Of a stretch of 64,000 bases of DNA, positions 38,939 to 48,352 are shown one piece after another (the first letter of the stretch is position 1; every line of letters begins with the position of its first letter). Origin of the DNA: a virus. Lineage: Duplodnaviria; Caudoviricetes. The stretch lies in IMG/VR virus record IMGVR_UViG_3300028864_000017; one strand, given 5' to 3'. A model generated the notes under the pieces. The model was given only the letters and a program-made list of their open reading frames with translations, made no database searches and had not been told where the DNA came from. The translations under genes were made by a program, and so were the position numbers.

Positions 38939-39352
38939 TTATAAATTAAATTTATTTGCAGTATATTTAATGGAAAAATCATCAAAATTTTCTTTTGTTA
39001 ATTTTTTTATTACATATTTAATATCATCAATTGATACAGTAATATCTAAAATCGTCATATAATCTTTATTAAAAAGATGTAACAAAAATTCAATCACATG
39101 ACCACCTAGTATTGAATAATTCTGATTATAATGAAAATCACAATTGATATTATAGTATGATTTGTGATCACCTTTAACTATTTTAAATACAAATTTGTTC
39201 GAATTTGCATATATCCAAACATCATCATCAAATTTTTTATAACTCCAATTACATTCAGGCTTAACTATATTTAAAAAAATTATAATAGCATCAGCGAATT
39301 TAACTTCAATTGGATTAAATATTGTTTTTAAAAAACTCTCATACATCATCAT
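38939..39352 (-). CDS. leader/KFNL-tail class protein
   Basis: MMMYESFL..IKKLTKENFDDF..ANKFNL*. Confidence 0.8.
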   Translation of the reverse strand: MMMYESFLKTIFNPIEVKFADAIIIFLNIVKPECNWSYKKFDDDVWIYANSNKFVFKIVKGDHKSYYNINCDFHYNQNYSILGGHVIEFLLHLFNKDYMTILDITVSIDDIKYVIKKLTKENFDDFSIKYTANKFNL

Positions 39353-39355
39353 AAT

Positions 39356-40174
39356 TTATAAATTGAATTTTGCCATATCATCGTCCAAATTAAAAACATT
39401 AGTTATCTTACAATAGTATATAGAAGTAAATTTAATTCCTACTATTTCTTTATGCTCTTTTACTTTTGCTGTCATATATACAACATCATTTTTTCTAAGA
39501 GTTCTGCCAATATTATAAGCTATATATCTATTACCATCATCATCTATTAGTTTGCAGGTATATTGTGTTCCAAATGCGCTCTGAGTTGTATTAAAATTAT
39601 AAACAGTTGCTTTTATTTCAATTTTTTTACCAACTTCTCCTATATATTTACTTGTACTTTCTTCTTGGTTTTTCTTTGTCAATGTTTCAAAAAATAATTT
39701 TTTATATTCTTGAATTTCTTTTGCCATATCAGCATTTCCATTAAAATCTTTAGATAACCAAACAACATATTGAGGATCTTCTACAAATACTTCTCCAATT
39801 GTTTGCCCTCTATGTTTTCCAAATGTTAAGATTTTATTTTTTTCTGCTTGAAAAAGTCCAGCATATGTTCCAAATCTATCAATTATTACTTGAATCCTAC
39901 CTGAAGCTTTAGCTGCTTTTTTAACTGCAGTCATAAAGTCAGTACTTAGATTACAAATATAATAACAAGATGCAGATTTTGGATTCCATCTCCAAAATGT
40001 ATAATATACTGAGTATTTACCAGATACATCTATATAAAAACAACCAACATCTTTCATTGAATCTGGATCTTTTCCTTCTGCTAATATTTTTTCAGCTTCT
40101 TCAATTTCTTCATCACTTGGTTGAATGAGTTTAGACATTTTAGCTTCTTTGATGTATTGTAAATAATTTTTCAT
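39356..40174 (-). CDS. leader/KFNL-tail protein with FGKH (DUF3820-like) motif and C-terminal OB-like domain
   Basis: MKNYLQYIKEA; LTFGKHRGQTIGEV..DPQYVVWL; YIGEVGKKIEIKATV; MAKFNL*. Confidence 0.7.
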   Translation of the reverse strand: MKNYLQYIKEAKMSKLIQPSDEEIEEAEKILAEGKDPDSMKDVGCFYIDVSGKYSVYYTFWRWNPKSASCYYICNLSTDFMTAVKKAAKASGRIQVIIDRFGTYAGLFQAEKNKILTFGKHRGQTIGEVFVEDPQYVVWLSKDFNGNADMAKEIQEYKKLFFETLTKKNQEESTSKYIGEVGKKIEIKATVYNFNTTQSAFGTQYTCKLIDDDGNRYIAYNIGRTLRKNDVVYMTAKVKEHKEIVGIKFTSIYYCKITNVFNLDDDMAKFNL

Positions 40175-40178
40175 GTTT

Positions 40179-40949
40179 TTATAAATTAAATTTATTTAAA
40201 TTAAATTCTTTTTCAATATGAGTAATATTCTCTATATTATCATTATGTTCTTTCTGTTTTGATAATAATTTTTCCAATTCTTGATATTTATCAAATCCGA
40301 ATAATTTAGCGTTTTCAATTTCTTTTTTCTGATCAGAATTTAATATTATTCTATTTTTACTAATTATTTTAATTTCACGTAGACTTCCACTACTATATAT
40401 TGATATGTTATATTTATCATTAAGGTTATGTGTATCTATTATGTCATTAATTATGTTTGTTTCTTTTTCTTCTTCTATTTTTTCACTATTATTAAAACTT
40501 CTTGTTCTGAATCTAATGTAATAATATGACTTAAATTTTTCATCATTAACTTCTCTAGAAATTATATCAGACATGTGATTTCCTATTTTGGAAAAATATT
40601 TACCATTTTTCTCGTAAATAATAAATCTATTATAACCTAATTTTCCTGAATTGCAGTCATCATATATATCAATATAATCATTATTAATTATCATATTAAA
40701 CATTTTATGTAATTGAACAGTTACTGTATCTATTATAGGAATAAAGAATGATTCAGATAAATTTGAAAATCCAAAAAATGGCATTTCACATTTCACATTT
40801 AGTTCATTTTCAATATCAGTTTTAAAAATATTAAATATATTATAATCTTCAAAGTGATATGTTATCATTTTTAAATTCGAAAAAAACTCTCTAATATCAG
40901 TTATTTTTTTATTCATATAATTTTCATTGTGATGTTTGATATATTTCAT
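40179..40949 (-). CDS. leader/KFNL-tail class protein
   Basis: MKYIKHHNEN ... LNKFNL*. Confidence 0.75.
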   Translation of the reverse strand: MKYIKHHNENYMNKKITDIREFFSNLKMITYHFEDYNIFNIFKTDIENELNVKCEMPFFGFSNLSESFFIPIIDTVTVQLHKMFNMIINNDYIDIYDDCNSGKLGYNRFIIYEKNGKYFSKIGNHMSDIISREVNDEKFKSYYYIRFRTRSFNNSEKIEEEKETNIINDIIDTHNLNDKYNISIYSSGSLREIKIISKNRIILNSDQKKEIENAKLFGFDKYQELEKLLSKQKEHNDNIENITHIEKEFNLNKFNL

Positions 40950-40985
40950 AATAAGAGAACGATAATATGTTTTTATTAAACATCA

Positions 40986-40993
40986 CAAAGGTA
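40986..40993 (-). promoter_or_regulatory. Bacteroidota-type -7 element TACCTTTG
   Basis: TAnnTTTG about 36 nt upstream of 40949. Confidence 0.55.
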
Positions 40994-41094
40994 CTAAAAT
41001 CTTTGATATTTAATCTTATATATTAAAAAAAAATAAACAAAAAAAAATAATATTAATACAATTTATTAATAACAAAAAAAAAATTCGATATTAT

Positions 41095-41580
41095 ATGATT
41101 ATTACACTAACAATTGATGATATTTTTAGACGTTGCTTATGGTCAGACTACAAGCGATTTGTTCTTAAAGATAAAAATGAGCAAGAAATACAAGCAATTG
41201 TAAAAGAAAATAAACCAATTGTCATTTCAGAGAATGATGCATATGCAATAGGACTTCTTAAAACAATAGAAACAGATAATTTAGTACATAGATTTACTGT
41301 ACATATGAAAGATATGATAAGTATAAAATCAAATATATTTGATAAAAATGTTTATTTATCAGTTAGAATAGTAGAAAATGAATTAGAAAGTTTTAAGAAA
41401 AGATTTCCTGATTATTGGGATTCAGATCCAGTATATACTGAATCAATAGTAGATTTGAATAATTTCATTTGTAATTTGCAACAGCAGATTAAAACATTTG
41501 AAGCTTATGAATTTAAAATTAAAGATAAAAAAATTCGATATTATTTATCTAAAGATATTAAAAAAATGATTGAAAATTAA
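41095..41580 (+). CDS. hypothetical protein
   Basis: ORF track, 161 aa. Confidence 0.75.
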   Translation: MIITLTIDDIFRRCLWSDYKRFVLKDKNEQEIQAIVKENKPIVISENDAYAIGLLKTIETDNLVHRFTVHMKDMISIKSNIFDKNVYLSVRIVENELESFKKRFPDYWDSDPVYTESIVDLNNFICNLQQQIKTFEAYEFKIKDKKIRYYLSKDIKKMIEN

Positions 41581-41584
41581 AATG

Positions 41585-41613
41585 AAAAGAACCTTAATTA
41601 AGGTTCTTTTTTT
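41585..41613. terminator. bidirectional intrinsic terminator
   Basis: aaaagaacctt-aatt-aaggttctttt + T tract. Confidence 0.85.
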
Positions 41614-42472
41614 ATTTTCCTTTCCATACTAATTTATATTCATATGTTCCTGGTAGCATTATAATTTCTCTTTGATTAGTATGATAGTATTTCTTTGGTA
41701 ACATCTGTACATCAACTAAAATGTCATCTGGTGAAGTAGTCATAACTGCAACAAATGGAGGTGTTGATGGTTCATCATCAATAAATCTAATAGCTGTTAA
41801 TATGTTAGTAGTCCAAGAAGTTGGATAATTAAAAAATGATTTTATTGTTTGTCCTTTTTTATAAGGAGAATCTACTTCTGATGAATGTACAATTTGAACT
41901 TCTTCTAATCCTTTATATATTTTTATTGATTCAGTTGGTCTAAATTGTTTCAATTCATCTATAATATTTTGTGTCAATTTTGGTAATCTTAATGATCCTG
42001 ATATATATAAGTATAACCATCTATCAGTTTCTTCTGAATATTTTATTTTTAATCTTGATGTCTTATTTTTATCATACATTACAAATCCTCCTACAAGTTT
42101 GAAACTTACTACATCATTAACATCTTCTATATAAATTTGCCAATCATTCATATAATTCTTTAAAAAATATCCAGAATAACCAGAATGTTCATCTTTAATG
42201 TCCTTCTTATCACTAAAAATATCTTCATCATCTATCATATCAATAAGTCTTTTCTTTTTGTATATTGGCTTATTTAATTTAATTTGATAAATATATTCAC
42301 TACCTGTATCTGAAGCATCTGCTCTATTATATGGAAATATTAAAGCTTTACTAAAATTTTTTTTAGTCAAAGGTTTATCAGAGTATGCATATAAAAAACC
42401 GTCATATTCATCTATTTCATCAAAATCAGTTTCTTTATAATCTACTATTTCATATTTCTTAATATATTTCAT
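41612..42472 (-). CDS. putative R-S-E clade ADP-ribosyltransferase with capsid-targeting-like leader
   Basis: MKYIKKYE leader; C-terminal IYKG ... PTSWTT ... NQREIIMLPG (YRG / STS / QxE equivalents). Confidence 0.65.
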   Translation of the reverse strand: MKYIKKYEIVDYKETDFDEIDEYDGFLYAYSDKPLTKKNFSKALIFPYNRADASDTGSEYIYQIKLNKPIYKKKRLIDMIDDEDIFSDKKDIKDEHSGYSGYFLKNYMNDWQIYIEDVNDVVSFKLVGGFVMYDKNKTSRLKIKYSEETDRWLYLYISGSLRLPKLTQNIIDELKQFRPTESIKIYKGLEEVQIVHSSEVDSPYKKGQTIKSFFNYPTSWTTNILTAIRFIDDEPSTPPFVAVMTTSPDDILVDVQMLPKKYYHTNQREIIMLPGTYEYKLVWKGK

Positions 42473-42822
42473 ATGTTAAACTTATTTGTCTCTTTTTCTA
42501 ATTTGAATTGTTTTATATCTTGTTTTGTGACTTCAATTTCTCCTTGATACTCAAATCTACCTCGTTCTATATTACCTTTAACATATTCATCATAAATACA
42601 CCATTTAAAGTTATTAAAATTTCTATTTGGATCATATGTTATATAAATTTTATTATTCTTTTTTTTGTATGTGTACATTGAAAATGTTTCATCATCTTTA
42701 ATGTTTTTATAACAATTTAATGCATCAATTTTTTTCATACTTATTTCAAAATATGGCTCACGTACATTAACTACCCAATATTTTTTTTCATTAATACCTT
42801 CAAAAAATTTTATGTATTTCAT
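42469..42822 (-). CDS. leader/KFNI-tail class protein (start moved to MKYIKFFE)
   Basis: MKYIKFFEG ... TNKFNI*. Confidence 0.75.
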   Translation of the reverse strand: MKYIKFFEGINEKKYWVVNVREPYFEISMKKIDALNCYKNIKDDETFSMYTYKKKNNKIYITYDPNRNFNNFKWCIYDEYVKGNIERGRFEYQGEIEVTKQDIKQFKLEKETNKFNI

Positions 42823-45308
42823 TCCCATCTATCATTATAAATATTTTTAGTGAATAATTTTTTAGTAGCATTATCTGCTAATATCAAATTATTAGAATCT
42901 TGCACAACTCTCTGTAACAATAAATTAGATTTAGATTCATCAGGAATTACATCATCATATATTCTAATATTAGTTAATTTAATATCAGATGAATTTATTG
43001 TTATAGTTTGATCTATATTAAATGTGTTTAATGGAACAACAGAATTATTATATCCATCAACATATTTTATTGATGCAAGTTTATATAAACTAGTATCAGG
43101 TAATCTGGTAGCTATTTCAGTATTTTTAACTGGTCTATATCCATTTGAGTTATAATATGTAATACCAGATGTGTTAGTATTATCTAATATAACACTCTTA
43201 TAATCATGTGTAAACATTGTTATTTTATAATTGTATCTTCTTTTAAATAAATCTAAACTCACTTCTCTTTGTCTATTATCTAAATTTACAGTTAAACCGT
43301 ACCACATATTTGTTGTTAATCCTGTTGCAGTTAAACTATAATCAATATTATTTATAGTTAATGAAATTTTACTATTTTTATATGATAATTTATATCCTTT
43401 GTTATTAATTGAATCATAATTATTTAAAAATTCGAAATTACTAGTACTATTGATATTATATGACCTAAATGTACTTTCATCAATTGCTTTATTTGTATCG
43501 TAAATATTATTAAAATTGAACCAAACATTAAATGATCTATTATCACTAACTTTCAAATTTGAATCTTTGTAAGTATATGACACGGCTGTAATTCCAGATG
43601 GTAAAGAAGATAAATTATAATAACTATCAGCTATTTTTATATCCTTTAAAGAATTATAAATATCCTTTTTAATTATATTTAATTTAGGATTTACATTTAA
43701 TCTATAAACTTCATGTGTAATTGGTTTTAATTGTTTACTTACTATTTTATCTTCTTGCTCTCTTATCTCAACTCCAAATAATGAATCAATAGTATTATTA
43801 TTTGTTAATATATCTATCAAATTTGTTGATTTAGTAGAAAGATTTTTTTCATTTGCAAGTTTTTCATATTTTTCAAGTACAACATTATAATAAATACCCA
43901 TATACATCACATCTCTTTTTACTTGAGCACTTTTTACTCTGTACATACGATTTGCCTGGCAAAAAAATATTATATCTTTTTGTGACGGTCTTTTTTCAAT
44001 TCCAAACGCATTATGAAATTCATCTTTTAGTATTATAACTTGAAAGGTGTCCATCATATCTAGCATATATTCATTCACTTGAACTTGATTATCAGGAAAT
44101 GTATTTTCAGGTACTATTATTTTAATTTTTTGTGTATCTACTATATTATATAATTGATATTCATGAAGAATACTATCAATTCCTTTTCCGTCTGGATCTG
44201 TTAAATGATAATCAACTGTCCATCCGAATATTTTACCTACAGTGTTTGCTAAATATGCATACCAATTACCAATTTTAATAGATCCAGCATATGGATTAAA
44301 AATACCATCTGATGCTGCTGTTTGGGTTGAATTGAATCCAGGATCATTAACTTGTGAGCTTAACTTTGTTACTACATTTCCTGATAAATAACAACTCAAT
44401 CCCTTTGTTATCCAATCTCTATTATAATCAATTGCTCCTCCAGTTTGATAAATTGTTGTTCCACATAAACATATAGCATTTGGATTATCAACATAATCAA
44501 TGGTTGTACCAGTATTTAGGGATGGATATGTCAAAGAGCAATCCTCTCTAACTCCATATCTATTAAGTTTAAGATAATTTTTATTAATATTTTGAAAATC
44601 TCCTAATAATATTATATCGTATATTTTAGATGTAATTCCATTTGTTTTTTTAGAAACAGAATATTCAACTTGAGCAAATCTGATAGGATTTATTTTTACT
44701 GTTGATATATTTTCAGTTGTTAAAGGTTCCCATGGAGTATATGTTCTACCATTATCTTGAGTAAATCTATATTTAATTTGTAAATTATTTGTATTTACAC
44801 CATAAACTTCATATCCTGTTAATTTGAAAACTTTATAAATATTTTTAGGACTAAATATTATAAAATCATCATCTGGTATATCGACAATGGTATCAGTTTC
44901 CTCAATATTATAAGTTCCTTCAATTACAATTGTGTTTATTGCTAATGTAGGTATTGTATCAATATTTTCATCAATTCTATAATATGATAGATTTAAATAT
45001 AAGTCATTCAATGCACAATACACTTGAGTAATTCCTGTAATAGGCATAGATTCACTATAGCTCACTTCACTATAACTTACTCCACTTCTTAAATTACTAT
45101 AAGAAAAATATTTTTTAAAATAATGTTCATCTGTTTCACCTTTTATTACATCTGTGAAATTTGTAATTGATGATATACTTTTTAATGGTACAATTGAAAA
45201 TGTTTTAATATCACGAAGTTGAGTTGAGATTTCATCTGTATACATTGGAGCACCTATCCAACTCATTGTAAATGTACCATCAAATTTAGGCGTATAAATA
45301 TATCTCAT
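42819..45308 (-). CDS. neck/head-completion protein (T4 gp14-like domain) with C-terminal LamG-like domain
   Basis: VDYH..D..L.E...F.....D..F...F....P...D.IFF....RMY.V...YYNVVLEKYE pattern; SFNVWF..WYGLTV..IRIYD. Confidence 0.55.
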   Translation of the reverse strand: MRYIYTPKFDGTFTMSWIGAPMYTDEISTQLRDIKTFSIVPLKSISSITNFTDVIKGETDEHYFKKYFSYSNLRSGVSYSEVSYSESMPITGITQVYCALNDLYLNLSYYRIDENIDTIPTLAINTIVIEGTYNIEETDTIVDIPDDDFIIFSPKNIYKVFKLTGYEVYGVNTNNLQIKYRFTQDNGRTYTPWEPLTTENISTVKINPIRFAQVEYSVSKKTNGITSKIYDIILLGDFQNINKNYLKLNRYGVREDCSLTYPSLNTGTTIDYVDNPNAICLCGTTIYQTGGAIDYNRDWITKGLSCYLSGNVVTKLSSQVNDPGFNSTQTAASDGIFNPYAGSIKIGNWYAYLANTVGKIFGWTVDYHLTDPDGKGIDSILHEYQLYNIVDTQKIKIIVPENTFPDNQVQVNEYMLDMMDTFQVIILKDEFHNAFGIEKRPSQKDIIFFCQANRMYRVKSAQVKRDVMYMGIYYNVVLEKYEKLANEKNLSTKSTNLIDILTNNNTIDSLFGVEIREQEDKIVSKQLKPITHEVYRLNVNPKLNIIKKDIYNSLKDIKIADSYYNLSSLPSGITAVSYTYKDSNLKVSDNRSFNVWFNFNNIYDTNKAIDESTFRSYNINSTSNFEFLNNYDSINNKGYKLSYKNSKISLTINNIDYSLTATGLTTNMWYGLTVNLDNRQREVSLDLFKRRYNYKITMFTHDYKSVILDNTNTSGITYYNSNGYRPVKNTEIATRLPDTSLYKLASIKYVDGYNNSVVPLNTFNIDQTITINSSDIKLTNIRIYDDVIPDESKSNLLLQRVVQDSNNLILADNATKKLFTKNIYNDRWE

Positions 45309-45330
45309 GTTTAATTATTTTATATTTATA

Positions 45331-45368
45331 TTATATATAAATTTTTGGATGCTAAATTTTATATATAA
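45331..45368. promoter_or_regulatory. back-to-back putative late promoters (TTATATATAA x2) between divergent structural genes
   Basis: ttatatataa at 45331-45340 and 45359-45368. Confidence 0.55.
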
Positions 45369-45382
45369 GAGAAAACATTAGT

Positions 45383-46156
45383 ATGGCTATAATAACACCT
45401 AATTCTCTTATTAATACAACAGAGAGAACAATAAAAAATTGGAATTGCTCATTTATTGCGGTTGAAGGTCCAAATATAATTAATAAATTAAGTTTAGAGG
45501 ATTTAGCTATTCCATATGAATCACAATACAGATCAAGAATAGTTTTGAAAGCAGGAGAATCCAATAAATTACTTTATGGATTTGTTGGTAAAGCGGTTAC
45601 ATTTTTAATGATAAAAGTAACTTATGATAGTTTAAAAGATCCATATTATATATATGAGCAAATAAAATATAATATAAATTATTACTTCGAAAATGACCCA
45701 ATTTTAAGACCATTGAATAGATTATTGATAATGACAGGATCTTCTGAAGAAAGAATTCCACAAATTTATGTGACTAATCCACTTGATTATGATGTTGTTT
45801 TAGATATATTACATGCTACGGTCGATTCAGAATTTGATGATGAAACAGATGTACCATCTGATTACCAAATACATTATGGAGTAAAAAACATATCAAGCAC
45901 ATACACTGGTACAACAACAGATGAATATATCAGATGTTCTGGTACAACAGATAATTCCTCAACATATTCTTTATATTTACCAATATCAACAGGTTCTGGT
46001 AATGTATTAACAATTAAAAACATATCAGAAGGAGTTATAACTATCATTCCTGAAAGCATTCAAACAATAGATTATTCAACATCATATGAATATATTCATC
46101 AATATGAGGTTTTAAGATTAATTGATGCCAGTGTTGGAAACTGGGATAAAATTTAA
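45383..46156 (+). CDS. putative virion protein (paralogue of 46167-47036)
   Basis: IKNW..LSLEDL.I.YES.Y..R..L..FL.IKV.Y..DPYY..YNINYY..RLL...GS..IY..NP.DYDV.LD shared. Confidence 0.7.
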   Translation: MAIITPNSLINTTERTIKNWNCSFIAVEGPNIINKLSLEDLAIPYESQYRSRIVLKAGESNKLLYGFVGKAVTFLMIKVTYDSLKDPYYIYEQIKYNINYYFENDPILRPLNRLLIMTGSSEERIPQIYVTNPLDYDVVLDILHATVDSEFDDETDVPSDYQIHYGVKNISSTYTGTTTDEYIRCSGTTDNSSTYSLYLPISTGSGNVLTIKNISEGVITIIPESIQTIDYSTSYEYIHQYEVLRLIDASVGNWDKI

Positions 46157-46166
46157 TATAAATATA

Positions 46167-47036
46167 GTGGCTAAAATAACTAGTAATTCACTTAGTAGTA
46201 AAATAAAAAGAGAAATAAAAAATTGGGATAGAGATTTTAGAACATCTGATGGGCCTCAAACTTCAACATTATTAAGTCTTAGTGATATTGAAATATCATA
46301 TGAATCATGCTACAATGCAAGATTAATACTACCTGCTTACACTGAAAATTTTTTACTAGATTATGGAACATCAGGAGAATCTACTTTTTTATTAATAAAA
46401 GTTATTTATAATGGAAATTATAGTAGTACTAATGAGAGTTCTTATGATCCTTACTATTACTTTGATGAAAGTACATATAATATAAATTATTATTATGATT
46501 CTGATTCAGGTACAACATTTCCAATAGGTAGATTACTACTTTTAAATGGCTCTCTTACAAATAAAATAGGAAAAATTTATTTGAATAATCCTTCTGATTA
46601 CGATGTGGCATTAGATGTTATGCAAGCAAATATTGATTATCCTCCTGCTATTCCTCCAAGTAGTGCTATAACAATATCAAATTTATATTTTAATGACATT
46701 ATTACCAATCAAGTAAATTGTGAATCTATTAGCGGAATTACAACAGGATCAACAGAATTTATTATTAGTGAATATAAACCATCAGGAACAGGTTATACAA
46801 TATTTAAATATTATATTCCATATAATACTATTACATCATTGAGTTTAGATACAACACTAAATTATATATATTTAGGTACTACATCAACTTATTATACTAT
46901 TAAATTTTTAACAAATTTTGATAGTCAACAATCATATAATAGAATAATATTTTCATATTCTTCATATACATCAGATGTTTGTAGATATTTAACTAGTGAT
47001 GTAGCATATGATAATGGAATTATCACTAATTGTTAA
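46167..47036 (+). CDS. putative virion protein (start moved to GTG 46167)
   Basis: VAKITSNSL aligns with MAIITPNSL of the paralogue. Confidence 0.7.
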   Translation: MAKITSNSLSSKIKREIKNWDRDFRTSDGPQTSTLLSLSDIEISYESCYNARLILPAYTENFLLDYGTSGESTFLLIKVIYNGNYSSTNESSYDPYYYFDESTYNINYYYDSDSGTTFPIGRLLLLNGSLTNKIGKIYLNNPSDYDVALDVMQANIDYPPAIPPSSAITISNLYFNDIITNQVNCESISGITTGSTEFIISEYKPSGTGYTIFKYYIPYNTITSLSLDTTLNYIYLGTTSTYYTIKFLTNFDSQQSYNRIIFSYSSYTSDVCRYLTSDVAYDNGIITNC

Positions 47037-47054
47037 AATTAAAATATTAAATTA

Positions 47055-48308
47055 ATGAATATTATATATAACCCACATATATTATATAGCGTAACTGACA
47101 CTACTACTGACTATTATAAAGTAAGTTCAGGTATAAGTTCAGGTATTAATATTTATAGCGGATTTACTCTAAATATTGGTGATTTTGATAGAAATATAAT
47201 CAATAGGGTAGATATTATTAGTAATGTTATAAATTATATATCAGATGATGAAAATGAAAATGAAAATATAAATAGATTTCAATTAAATACCTTAATTGTT
47301 GATACTAATCAAATATATGAAAATATAACTAAAACAGGTAATTATTGTATTAAATTTTCATATGATGATAATGATGAAGATGATGATATAGCAGATTATC
47401 TTATTATGAATATAATTGATTTGAAAATAAATACAACAACAACTACAACATTTAGAATAATATCGACAACTACAACAACAAATATTAAAGAATCAGAAGG
47501 ACCAATTATTTATTATAAATATCCTATTAGCGGAACAACTTGGACTGGCGGAGGAACAATAGTACCTCACGATGCAAGGTTGCATTTATCTCATGACGGA
47601 ATAACTGGATGGACATCAGATAGTTTAAAATATTTATTTATTGATAGAATAATAGATTGCTTTAATTTGAATATATCATTAGATAATATTATTTTCTATT
47701 TATATGTAATTGATAAAAATATTATATTACCTGAAATAATTGAATATGGAATTTATAATATTTATATTTCAGTTTCAGATTATGTCGGCAATACTACATC
47801 AAGTTATATTTATAATATTATTGTTAATGATAGTGTTCCTGAAATTGTATTTATACCTAATGTTTTAACAACAGAAATAACAGGTAACACAAGTGATTTT
47901 TCAAATGCATCTGGAATAACTGGTGAAATTTATATTGAGAGTGGATTTACTCTTACTCTTAATCAATTTGATAAAAATATTATTCATACAATTGATATTA
48001 TTAATAATCTTATACTTTACATAGATGATGCTACTGATCCTAATATCAATAAATATTATTCAAATGTTTTAATTGTAGGAGAAAAATTTTCAGATTATGA
48101 AAATATAATATATCCTAATATTCAAAATCCTGGATATTATTGCATAAAAATATCAATAACAAACAATATAGGAAATGAAGGAATTTATTATTTTATTTTA
48201 AAGGTAACATATAATATTAGTATTTTTTCTCAAGGATATTGGCAAGATGGTAAAGTTTGGATAGATTCTTCTATATGGATAGATAATCCTATTATATCTA
48301 AAGTATAA
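47055..48308 (+). CDS. putative virion protein with internal duplication
   Basis: SGFTL..FD.NII..(V/I)DII.N.I.YI.D occurs twice; Thr-rich linker. Confidence 0.65.
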   Translation: MNIIYNPHILYSVTDTTTDYYKVSSGISSGINIYSGFTLNIGDFDRNIINRVDIISNVINYISDDENENENINRFQLNTLIVDTNQIYENITKTGNYCIKFSYDDNDEDDDIADYLIMNIIDLKINTTTTTTFRIISTTTTTNIKESEGPIIYYKYPISGTTWTGGGTIVPHDARLHLSHDGITGWTSDSLKYLFIDRIIDCFNLNISLDNIIFYLYVIDKNIILPEIIEYGIYNIYISVSDYVGNTTSSYIYNIIVNDSVPEIVFIPNVLTTEITGNTSDFSNASGITGEIYIESGFTLTLNQFDKNIIHTIDIINNLILYIDDATDPNINKYYSNVLIVGEKFSDYENIIYPNIQNPGYYCIKISITNNIGNEGIYYFILKVTYNISIFSQGYWQDGKVWIDSSIWIDNPIISKV

Positions 48309-48352
48309 AGATTAATTTAAATATATACATAAATAAATAAATAAATTATAAT

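Noticed and set aside
41077-41544. 18-bp direct repeat aaaaaaattcgatattat upstream of and inside the 41095 gene
   Set aside because: Mostly poly-A with an 11-bp informative core; plausible by chance in such AT-rich DNA.
20644-42822. KFNI tail as a mere by-product of an embedded late promoter (aaatttaatatataa)
   Set aside because: Many copies use synonymous or conservative codons (ttc, aac, tta, aag) that destroy the TATATA box but keep the peptide.
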